DNA from: a virus
Strand: one strand, 5' to 3'
Virus record (IMG/VR): IMGVR_UViG_3300021185_003853
Location: 1-64,000 of that record
Length of the DNA stretch: 64,000 nt
Shown here piece by piece: positions 26,824 to 34,902 of this stretch; the first letter of the stretch is position 1; the number at the start of each line of letters is the position of its first letter. The notes beneath the pieces are model-generated. The model saw only the letters and a list, made by a program, of their open reading frames with translations, made no database searches and was not told the DNA's origin. A program made the translations under genes and the position numbers.

Positions 26824-26845
26824 GAGGGGACTTATGTCCCCTTTT
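26824..26845 (+). terminator. Rho-independent terminator
   Basis: GAGGGGAC-TTAT-GTCCCCTT-TT. Confidence 0.75.
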
Positions 26846-26862
26846 CTCACAAGGAGAAGCAT

Positions 26863-27243
26863 ATGTTTTACCAAGTACCAATGCTAGTGGCAATAGCTAT
26901 GGCAATTATCTACCCCGAATCTGGTGGTGATATGGCATTAGCCAGTCTTATGGTTGTTTTTGCTAGTATGTTCTATTTGCTTATGTTTTCAGCTATGAGT
27001 GGCACGAAACAAGTCGACCTAGACTTGGAAGCCGATCTTAACCAACTCTGGCAAAGTCGTGTTATTGCTATTGCAGGTGCGATAGCACTGTATAAAGTAG
27101 GAATGATCTCAGCATTTTATTATGTGCTACCCTTTCAGTTGATCGCACTATTCTGTGATCTACTAGCAACTGGATTTAAGTTAGGGTATCTTGGATTCGA
27201 TGAACTGGATGAAGATGCTCAAGAACTTGATGATGAAGATTAA
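26863..27243 (+). CDS. membrane protein
   Basis: Several hydrophobic helices; AGGAG SD. Confidence 0.7.
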   Translation: MFYQVPMLVAIAMAIIYPESGGDMALASLMVVFASMFYLLMFSAMSGTKQVDLDLEADLNQLWQSRVIAIAGAIALYKVGMISAFYYVLPFQLIALFCDLLATGFKLGYLGFDELDEDAQELDDED

Positions 27244-27267
27244 ATTTTAATATTGACGGAGTAAATT

Positions 27268-27594
27268 ATGAAACAACTAGCGACTATACTATTAGCATCA
27301 ATTTTTTCAATGTCGGCATTTTCTGAGGCTTATGTCTCAATGAAAAACAAAGCCTCATGGATGGAAGATGAGAGCATGACATTTGATGGATCGAAAACCC
27401 ATCTAAGATTTGGATTTCAAGATAGAAGTCTTTATGCTGAAGCGGGTGTCGTAAATGGTGGAACATCTTGGGAAGCCGGATATAAATTTAAGTCATTTGC
27501 AAATGGTCTTACGCTTTCGGGTAAGGCAGAGGCGACCAATATCGATGAGTGGAACTATACTCTCGAAACACGCCTTAGATACACATTCAAATAG
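27268..27594 (+). CDS. secreted small outer-membrane beta-barrel-like protein
   Basis: Signal peptide (..SMSAFS), alternating beta strands, C-terminal RLRYTFK. Confidence 0.6.
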   Translation: MKQLATILLASIFSMSAFSEAYVSMKNKASWMEDESMTFDGSKTHLRFGFQDRSLYAEAGVVNGGTSWEAGYKFKSFANGLTLSGKAEATNIDEWNYTLETRLRYTFK

Positions 27595-27597
27595 AAA

Positions 27598-27620
27598 GAG
27601 CCCCTTAATTGGGGCTTTTT
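27598..27620 (+). terminator. Rho-independent terminator
   Basis: GAGCCCC-TTAATT-GGGGCTT-TTT. Confidence 0.8.
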
Positions 27621-27711
27621 CATATCAGTCTCAATAATCTCGCAAAATAATTTCTAGTCTTCAGTGTTTTAAACTACTAAATACTATATAATAATAGTAT
27701 TGAGGTAGGTT

Positions 27712-27990
27712 ATGGAAATATTGACACTTATTGCCGATGTAGGATTTCCTATTGCATCGGCTCTTGCAGGTGGATTTTTCGTGTTTGTTACACTCAAGTT
27801 TATCTTGAATGGTGTGCTTAGTGACATTTGTACACAAAGGGGCTTTGTAAAAGCACTAGATAATAGAGTGAAAACAATGAATAACGAGGTCGTGAGAATC
27901 GATCTTCAGATGTGTCATGCTTTTGGAGTTGAACCAGACTTAACAGTCGTAGCGAGGGCAGACGGACAGCAAGACGCAAGAAAGGATTAG
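27712..27990 (+). CDS. single-pass membrane coiled-coil protein A
   Basis: DVGFPI + TM + LDNRVKTMNNEVVRID. Confidence 0.75.
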   Translation: MEILTLIADVGFPIASALAGGFFVFVTLKFILNGVLSDICTQRGFVKALDNRVKTMNNEVVRIDLQMCHAFGVEPDLTVVARADGQQDARKD

Positions 27991-27993
27991 ATT

Positions 27994-28290
27994 ATGGAAG
28001 AATTAGATATAGGAGCAATGATCTCACAGTACGGCTTTCCAATTATAGCCGCTGTTGGATTAGGATACTTCATATATTACATATGGAGTTGGGTTACTGA
28101 AGAAGTAGACCCAGTGATATCAGAGTCTCATATGACTCTCATAGCACTAATTGACAGAATAAGAATGTTAGATAATGATTTGATAAGACTGAGAACTAAA
28201 CTAGATATGATTTTACAGCAACAGGAAATGATGAAGAATGAAAAAGATAATAACTCTGATACTACTATCGATATCACTGACGAGTCATAG
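27994..28290 (+). CDS. single-pass membrane coiled-coil protein B (paralogue of A)
   Basis: QYGFPI + TM + LIDRIRMLDNDLIRL. Confidence 0.75.
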   Translation: MEELDIGAMISQYGFPIIAAVGLGYFIYYIWSWVTEEVDPVISESHMTLIALIDRIRMLDNDLIRLRTKLDMILQQQEMMKNEKDNNSDTTIDITDES

Positions 28291-28732
28291 TAGCGAAATA
28301 ACTTTCGGATTCAAAAGCCCATCATTTAGTGGTGTTGGCACTGGTTCGCATTATCTTACGATTGAGAACCAAGAACATAGTCGAAAGAAATCAATCGAAG
28401 ATGCACTCGAAGCGGCTCGTAAAGCGGCTGAAAGAGAAGCAGAAAACACCACACTCGCTAAGTTCATTCGTAACCTAGAGAGTCGTATCTATTCACAGTT
28501 GTCAAAGCAACTTGTGGACAATATGTTTAGTAACGAAGATGCAGTCACATTCGGGTCATTTACACTTGAAGGGTCTACAGTTGCCTATCAGGTTATGACG
28601 AATGATGCAGGCGAAGATTATATCGAGATGAGAATTGTAGATACAGAAGGTTCAGAAACTATTATTGAAATACCAATTGGTACTGGTAACTTTGGTTCAA
28701 TAGATAGCGGGGAAGATGATGTTGCGTTTTAG
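28238..28732 (+). CDS. csgF: curli assembly protein CsgF-like
   Basis: Signal peptide then EITFGFKSPSFSG (cf. CsgF FQFRNPNFGG); FIRNLESRIYSQLSKQL; adjacent to csgG. Confidence 0.8.
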   Translation: MKKIITLILLSISLTSHSSEITFGFKSPSFSGVGTGSHYLTIENQEHSRKKSIEDALEAARKAAEREAENTTLAKFIRNLESRIYSQLSKQLVDNMFSNEDAVTFGSFTLEGSTVAYQVMTNDAGEDYIEMRIVDTEGSETIIEIPIGTGNFGSIDSGEDDVAF

Positions 28733-29621
28733 TTTACTACTAGCGGTATCTATTATCACTGGGTGCGCTCAGATTCCAAAATGGTCTGAGAATCCACAGG
28801 ATTGCTCACATCTGAAAAATGCTAGGGACTATATCTGTGTAGACGAACCAGAAGTGGTTGATATGCCCGCATATGTAAAATTACTTGAAGTTCCACCTGC
28901 TACCAAAATGCCAGTTGTAGCAGTATATGGATTCAGAGACTTAACAGGTCAAAGAAAGAATAGAGACGGAATTGCAGATTTTAGTACTGCTGTCACACAA
29001 GGCGGTACTGAAATGCTAATAGATGCACTCAAAACAGCAGGGAAAGGGACTTGGTTTCGTGTTGTGGAGAGACAGGGTATCGACAATCTAGTAAGAGAAA
29101 GACAGATTGTTAGATCAACCCGAAAAGAATACGCTGACGAAAAATCTCAAGGGTTAGGACCTTTGTTATTTGCAGGTATGATTATCGAAGGCGGTATAAT
29201 TGGTTATGATACAAATCTTCAATCAGGTGGTAGAGGTGCTAGAGCATTAGGTATTGCGCTTTCAAGGCAATATCGTAAAGATGTCGTGACTGTTTCTGTG
29301 AGGGCTGTCTCAGTCCTGACAGGAGAAGTTCTGCTCAATGTTCAAGCAAAGAAGAGTATTCTTAGTTATGGGTCGGGTGGTGATTTATTCCGATTCTACG
29401 AAGAAGGAACTAAGCTAGTTGAATATGAAGATGGTGTGGGAAATAATGAGTCAGTGACTTATGCGGTACGGACAGCCATTGAGGCAGCCGTGCTTGAACT
29501 AATATATCAGGGACATGATAGAAGTCTCTGGTCAGTAGGTGAAGGTCATCGTCATCCTCATTTGAATGATGGAACGAATGATGGTCATAGCCTAGAAGAA
29601 GAGGTAAAGGAAGATGAATAG
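28716..29621 (+). CDS. csgG: curli secretion channel CsgG-like lipoprotein
   Basis: Lipobox ITGC; VAVYGFRDLTGQRK, FSTAVTQG, WFRVVER, LVRERQIVR, EGGIIGYD, NESVTYAVRTAIEAAV. Confidence 0.93.
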   Translation: MMLRFSLLLAVSIITGCAQIPKWSENPQDCSHLKNARDYICVDEPEVVDMPAYVKLLEVPPATKMPVVAVYGFRDLTGQRKNRDGIADFSTAVTQGGTEMLIDALKTAGKGTWFRVVERQGIDNLVRERQIVRSTRKEYADEKSQGLGPLLFAGMIIEGGIIGYDTNLQSGGRGARALGIALSRQYRKDVVTVSVRAVSVLTGEVLLNVQAKKSILSYGSGGDLFRFYEEGTKLVEYEDGVGNNESVTYAVRTAIEAAVLELIYQGHDRSLWSVGEGHRHPHLNDGTNDGHSLEEEVKEDE

Positions 29622-30339
29622 GTACTTAATAGGACTAGTAGCATTGCTTTCTAGTTTCGTTTATGCTGGCGCATCTGATGATAACGAAATCAACATCGAA
29701 CAATCTGGTGATACATTTACATTGTATATCGATCAGGTAGGTTATGGTAACAAAGTAGGACTTGATAATTTTGAAACATCGTCAAGTGCTTCGCCTATAA
29801 CTGGTTCATCGTTGAATTTCGATATTGATCAAATTGGTAACGAGAACTTATTGTTCGGTGAAGTAACTGCCGATAGTTCAACTTACAATCTGATCTGGAC
29901 TGGTGATTCTAACTCATGGGATTGGATGATTGGCGATGTAGGTTCTGCTGATTCGACAAACATTGATGTTAGCATAACTGGTGACTCCAACACAATGGAT
30001 TTTGATCAGGGTTCTGTAGCAAGTGCAGAAAGACTTGATCTTGATTTAACTGTGATTGGCAGTAGCAATGTATTTGATGTAGATGTTGAAACAGATGATG
30101 TAACATTCACAGTTGATGTTACTGGTGATGGCAACAACATCAATACACTACAGAACGATGGATTCTACCAAACATTAACTCTTGACCTAACTGGAGACAA
30201 TGCTGATGTTGATATTAATCAACTTAGTGGTACTTGTCCACAGGGTGTTACTAGTTGTAAAGGTATAATTACATTAGATGTTACTTCTGAAAATGCTACT
30301 ATCCAGATTAACCAGAAAGATAACGCAGGCGACAGTTAA
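29614..30339 (+). CDS. curlin-like beta-repeat secreted protein 1
   Basis: Signal peptide; repeated (Q/T)xGxxN units (IDQVGYGN, IDQIGNEN, TGDSN twice, IGSSN, TGDGN); C-terminal Cys pair. Confidence 0.75.
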   Translation: MNRYLIGLVALLSSFVYAGASDDNEINIEQSGDTFTLYIDQVGYGNKVGLDNFETSSSASPITGSSLNFDIDQIGNENLLFGEVTADSSTYNLIWTGDSNSWDWMIGDVGSADSTNIDVSITGDSNTMDFDQGSVASAERLDLDLTVIGSSNVFDVDVETDDVTFTVDVTGDGNNINTLQNDGFYQTLTLDLTGDNADVDINQLSGTCPQGVTSCKGIITLDVTSENATIQINQKDNAGDS

Positions 30340-31435
30340 TGCATTGCTACTAGTGGGAGTTGCCGCTCAAGGCGCTTCCATTGGTGGTATTGTAGAGTCA
30401 ACTGGAGTCGGTTCTCTTGAACGAGAGACATCAGATACAGTAGTTGCGACTGTGGGCGAGGAGATTCAACTCAACGATACCGCTCAAACTGCAAAAGGTA
30501 GAATGCTAATCAAGTTCCTTGATGAGGCAGAACTATCTCTAATCGAACATACCAAAGTCTATATCGACAAAGTTTACTACGACCCGGATCCCTCCAAATC
30601 CAAAATGGTCATGAAGATGGCTTTAGGCACCGCTAGGTTTGCCTCTGGGCGTCTTGGAATGGTGAACAAATCAAATATAGACATATCAACACCAACGGCA
30701 ACGATTGCTGTTCGTGGCACAGATTTCACAACGACTATTGATGAACTTGGTAGATCATTAGTCATTCTATTACCAGATGAAAATGGTGACCCGTCTGGTG
30801 AGATCATCGTATCAAACGAAGCGGGTTCAGTGACACTCACTGAAGCATATGCCGCAACAATGGTTTCGAGTGTATCAACAATGCCTACTCAAAAAGTAAT
30901 CATAAATAACATCACGCCTGCGCTTATAGACAATATGTTTATCGTCAACGCACCACAAGAGGTAAGACAGGCAATTGAAGAGCAGATTCAAGAAGACGAT
31001 AATTTGGACATGGGTTCATTAGATGCTGACTTCCTAGAGTTTGATGAGTTAGAAAAGGATTTTGATGACTATGCAGGTGGAGAAGTTTACACCAGATTAG
31101 ATTATGATTTTCTAGGGTCTAATCTATTAACTGACTTGCTTGATGTGATCGATGAATTAATCCGCACAATGGCACAACTCGAAGATGTACAAGAGGGAGC
31201 AGGTAATACAGCAATACGACTGACTGGTGCTAAATGGGGATTCAATGATGATAGTCAGTACGCCATATTTGAAGAAGATGGTGGTATCGTATTTCATCGT
31301 GATGTTAGAGGTGTTATCAGTTTGAAGTTTGCTAAAGGTGGAGCAATAACTGTAGTGACAGAAGTCGAAGGTTATGTAGGCGAAATCACTGCTGACGGCG
31401 GAGAAGACATCAACGTCTTTATTAAACAGGATTAA
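30278..31435 (+). CDS. FecR-domain periplasmic protein
   Basis: Hydrophobic N-terminus; DTAQTAKGRMLIKFLD...LIEHTKVYID; ISTPTATIAVRGTDF; start uncertain. Confidence 0.85.
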   Translation: MLLLKMLLSRLTRKITQATVNALLLVGVAAQGASIGGIVESTGVGSLERETSDTVVATVGEEIQLNDTAQTAKGRMLIKFLDEAELSLIEHTKVYIDKVYYDPDPSKSKMVMKMALGTARFASGRLGMVNKSNIDISTPTATIAVRGTDFTTTIDELGRSLVILLPDENGDPSGEIIVSNEAGSVTLTEAYAATMVSSVSTMPTQKVIINNITPALIDNMFIVNAPQEVRQAIEEQIQEDDNLDMGSLDADFLEFDELEKDFDDYAGGEVYTRLDYDFLGSNLLTDLLDVIDELIRTMAQLEDVQEGAGNTAIRLTGAKWGFNDDSQYAIFEEDGGIVFHRDVRGVISLKFAKGGAITVVTEVEGYVGEITADGGEDINVFIKQD

Positions 31436-31436
31436 T

Positions 31437-32150
31437 ATGAAGGACATAGAAGAATACTTGTTATACGTTATTACTCCAATTCTTTTATTGGTGTATATGT
31501 TTGCCTCGGGTAAAGCAAAAGCAGACAACGAAATCTTTATCGATCAATCAGGCAATAACTTTGCGATTGGTGTTGAACAAATAGGCGCTAACAACAACGC
31601 AACAGTCAACGCTGATGGAACAACTCAACAACTACTTATTGTTCAATATAATGACACTACAGTAGATAATGATGTAACAGTCAATACTACAGGTGCTGAC
31701 AATGGTATCAAACTATGTCAAGGGTGTGCCTTTGATTATCCAGAAAGTTACACCAATCACGACTATTGGTACGATAACCTGGAAGGTGGCGGTCACTCAA
31801 TCGATGTGACTGTTACTGGAGATAGAAATGGTATCTCTGCTCAACAAACAAATCAAGGCAGTACAAACGGTCACAGTTACGATCTAAATTTAACTGGAGA
31901 CGATAACGAAGTTACGACCATTCAACAGCACGATGGTGTTAAGACTATAGACCTTACAATCTACAATGATGACAACGATGTGTTTGTTCGTCAGAAAGGG
32001 GCAGGTTCAACTCATACTGCTACGATAGAACTTGACGGCACATATGGCACTGACCTGACACTCAAACAATTCAATTCAACAGCAACTTACTCACTCACGC
32101 AAAATTGTGTCACTGTTGGTGGTTGCTCTATCTCGGTGACTCAACAATGA
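31437..32150 (+). CDS. curlin-like beta-repeat secreted protein 2
   Basis: Signal peptide (AKA-DNEIFIDQSGNN), EQIGANN, TGADN, TGDRN, TGDDN repeats; C-terminal CVTVGGC. Confidence 0.75.
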   Translation: MKDIEEYLLYVITPILLLVYMFASGKAKADNEIFIDQSGNNFAIGVEQIGANNNATVNADGTTQQLLIVQYNDTTVDNDVTVNTTGADNGIKLCQGCAFDYPESYTNHDYWYDNLEGGGHSIDVTVTGDRNGISAQQTNQGSTNGHSYDLNLTGDDNEVTTIQQHDGVKTIDLTIYNDDNDVFVRQKGAGSTHTATIELDGTYGTDLTLKQFNSTATYSLTQNCVTVGGCSISVTQQ

Positions 32151-34174
32151 CAAAGTGGTGGTCAGTTCTTCCAATTATTTTCATATTTTGTGCATTAAAA
32201 GTCACAGAATCCTACTTTGTAAAATCGATAGAATATACATACTACGACCAGTTGCAACGTGGCCATCAAACTACTAAAGTGAATGACATTGTACTGGTAA
32301 ACATAGATGAAAATGCAATTAAAAAGGAAGGACAATACCCTTGGCCAAGACAGACAGTCGCCAAATACATAAACAATGCACCGATCAACTCACTGCTAGT
32401 CTCCACTATGATCTGGTCAGAGCCAGATCGCTTTGCAGGGGACAAGGAACTATCAAGATCCCTAAGTCAAAAAGCATTGGTATTAGCAAGCGCCCCTACT
32501 CGCCAAACTACTACAACTGAGTTAGGGATATATGCCAATGTTTCGACATTCGGCAAACCGACAAGTACGCTGATTAACTACAGTGGGTTATTGACACCCA
32601 TACAAGATCTCGCACAATATGCAATGGGAGTCGGCGCTGTGTCTGCTGAAGTCGATCAACCTTCAGGCGTTCTACGTAGAGTCCCATTAATCGTTAGCAT
32701 TAATGGACAACCTTATCCTTCATTAGGACTTGATACTGTTCGTGTATTTTTAGGTGAACCATCATATACTATTAAGAACAATGAACTCGGAGTGGAGTGG
32801 ATTCGTTTAGGTAAACAAGATCCTATTACAACCCAACCGACATCTGAACTGCCTGTTGCATTCTGGCATGACTTCGAACAGATATCTATTCTTGATCCAA
32901 TGCCTGAGGGTAAGGTATTGATCTTCGGGGTGACTGCAGAAGGATATTCGAATCCTGTTCCGACACCAACAGGTCCTATGTATCCTCATGAGATTCAAGC
33001 ACAACAAATCTACACGCTGATGTCTGGTGTCGAGATACTACGACCCGACTATACAAGATTCCTCGAACTATTGATGATCCTTATTGCTTGTACGGGCATA
33101 CTAATCGCAGTTTATCGCTTGGGTACGATTGGTGCGTGTATCACAAGCATTGCATTGTTGGGTGCATCACCAGCGATAGGATATTATGCATGGACAAATA
33201 GTTACTTCTTCCTTGATATTATCTGGCCAACAGTTGCCGGGGTGGTCGTATTCGCACAAAGTTCATTCAACAAATACTACACGACTTACAAACTCAAAGA
33301 ACAAATCAAGAAACAATTTGGGACATACTTATCTCCTGCTATGGTGCAAAAATTACAAGATGATCCGTCATTGTTAAGGTTGGGTGGTGAGACAAGAAAT
33401 ATGACATTCCTGTTCTGTGACATTCGTGGATTCACTCCAATATCAGAACAATACAAAACAAACCCACAAGGATTGACGGAACTCGTCAATCGATTCCTGA
33501 CACCGATGACAGACATTATTATGGACAACGAAGGAACCATTGATAAGTACATGGGTGACTGCATTATGGCGTTTTGGAATGCCCCCTTAGACGTGCAGTA
33601 TCAGGAGTATATGGCGGTTAAAACGAGTGTAGAGATGTATCAGCACCTTGACATACTCAACGCAGAACTCGAAAGCGAAGGGTTATTGCCCATTAATATC
33701 GGTGTTGGTATCAATACAGGTGAAGTTGTTGTGGGTAATATGGGGTCAAATCAACGCTTTGATTACTCTGTATTGGGTGATGCTGTAAACCTAGCGGCAC
33801 GATTAGAAGGACAAACAAAGTCATATGGTGTCAAAACACTTATAGGTGAGGACACTAAAACACAGCTCAACGAACAATACTTTACTCTTGAGTTAGATAA
33901 TCTTGCTGTTAAGGGTAAGACAGAACCTGTTAAGATATACACTGTATTGACTGAAGCAATAGATGTTGAGATAGAAATGCATGAAGAGATGATGAGAGCA
34001 TATTACGCAAAACAATTCGATCAAGCGATAGCATTCTGTGAGGATCTAAAGAGATGCTTCAAAGGTGAAATTGCTGATTATTACAGAATGTGGCAAGACA
34101 GATGTAGGTCGCTAGAAAACACTCTAGACAAGGGTGAAGCGTGGGACGGCGTGTATCGAGCAACATCTAAATAA
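32147..34174 (+). CDS. CHASE2-domain class III adenylate cyclase
   Basis: IVLVNIDE..I...GQYPWPR (CHASE2), three TMs, FCDIRGFT, IDKYMGDCIMAFW, FDYSVLGDAVNLAARLEG; start ATG 32147. Confidence 0.93.
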   Translation: MTKWWSVLPIIFIFCALKVTESYFVKSIEYTYYDQLQRGHQTTKVNDIVLVNIDENAIKKEGQYPWPRQTVAKYINNAPINSLLVSTMIWSEPDRFAGDKELSRSLSQKALVLASAPTRQTTTTELGIYANVSTFGKPTSTLINYSGLLTPIQDLAQYAMGVGAVSAEVDQPSGVLRRVPLIVSINGQPYPSLGLDTVRVFLGEPSYTIKNNELGVEWIRLGKQDPITTQPTSELPVAFWHDFEQISILDPMPEGKVLIFGVTAEGYSNPVPTPTGPMYPHEIQAQQIYTLMSGVEILRPDYTRFLELLMILIACTGILIAVYRLGTIGACITSIALLGASPAIGYYAWTNSYFFLDIIWPTVAGVVVFAQSSFNKYYTTYKLKEQIKKQFGTYLSPAMVQKLQDDPSLLRLGGETRNMTFLFCDIRGFTPISEQYKTNPQGLTELVNRFLTPMTDIIMDNEGTIDKYMGDCIMAFWNAPLDVQYQEYMAVKTSVEMYQHLDILNAELESEGLLPINIGVGINTGEVVVGNMGSNQRFDYSVLGDAVNLAARLEGQTKSYGVKTLIGEDTKTQLNEQYFTLELDNLAVKGKTEPVKIYTVLTEAIDVEIEMHEEMMRAYYAKQFDQAIAFCEDLKRCFKGEIADYYRMWQDRCRSLENTLDKGEAWDGVYRATSK

Positions 34175-34234
34175 CACGACAAATATGACATATTGTACTT
34201 GAATTAAGGCATTACATGACAAATATGACGTATT
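34174..34234 (+). repeat. 21-bp direct repeat pair (possible operator)
   Basis: ACACGACAAATATGACATATT (34174) and ACATGACAAATATGACGTATT (34214). Confidence 0.7.
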
Positions 34235-34253
34235 AAATAAATGAAAAAACCGG

Positions 34254-34282
34254 TTGACATATACCTCAATTTGATGTATAAT
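34254..34282 (+). promoter_or_regulatory. sigma70-type promoter
   Basis: TTGACA-N17-TATAAT. Confidence 0.8.
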
Positions 34283-34311
34283 TCATTATAGAATGAAAAA
34301 AGGTATCTACT

Positions 34312-34902
34312 ATGAAATCTAAGTTGAAAGCTGCGCAGTTGATTATCGGTATTCTAGCGTTATTATTTATCTCTATTATTGTATTGATGTATCCTGTTAA
34401 ACACAATCAAGAGTTTTATGCTATTGAACAGGTTACAGTGCCTGAACAAAGCAAGCATCTTACACTTGATAATATTGAATGTATGGCACTAAACATCTAC
34501 CATGAATCACGAAATCAAACTCTAGGCGGACGACTTGCCGTAGGTTATGTTACTTTAAATCGTGTTAAGAGTAATAAGTATCCTGACACTATTTGCGGTG
34601 TCGTGAAACAAGCAAAAATAAACAAATGGTTCCTCGAAAGACACAACAAAAAAGTTCCCTCTAGAAACAAGTGTCAATTTTCTTGGTATTGCGATGGTAA
34701 GTCAGATCAACCATTAGAATCAAACGCATGGGAGGAAGCATATCTACTTGCTATCCATGTTATAAATATGTACGATACTATATCAGATCCCACAAAAGGT
34801 TCGATCATGTATCACAGCAATAAAGTGAAACCTTACTGGACAGATGCTTATAAACATCTTGTCACAATTGATGACCACATTTTTTATGGGAGTGTGAAAT
34901 GA
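34312..34902 (+). CDS. SleB-like cell wall hydrolase (Hydrolase_2), membrane-anchored
   Basis: CMALNIYHESR, VTLNRV, YPDTICGVV, CQFSWYCDG, IDDHIFY. Confidence 0.9.
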   Translation: MKSKLKAAQLIIGILALLFISIIVLMYPVKHNQEFYAIEQVTVPEQSKHLTLDNIECMALNIYHESRNQTLGGRLAVGYVTLNRVKSNKYPDTICGVVKQAKINKWFLERHNKKVPSRNKCQFSWYCDGKSDQPLESNAWEEAYLLAIHVINMYDTISDPTKGSIMYHSNKVKPYWTDAYKHLVTIDDHIFYGSVK

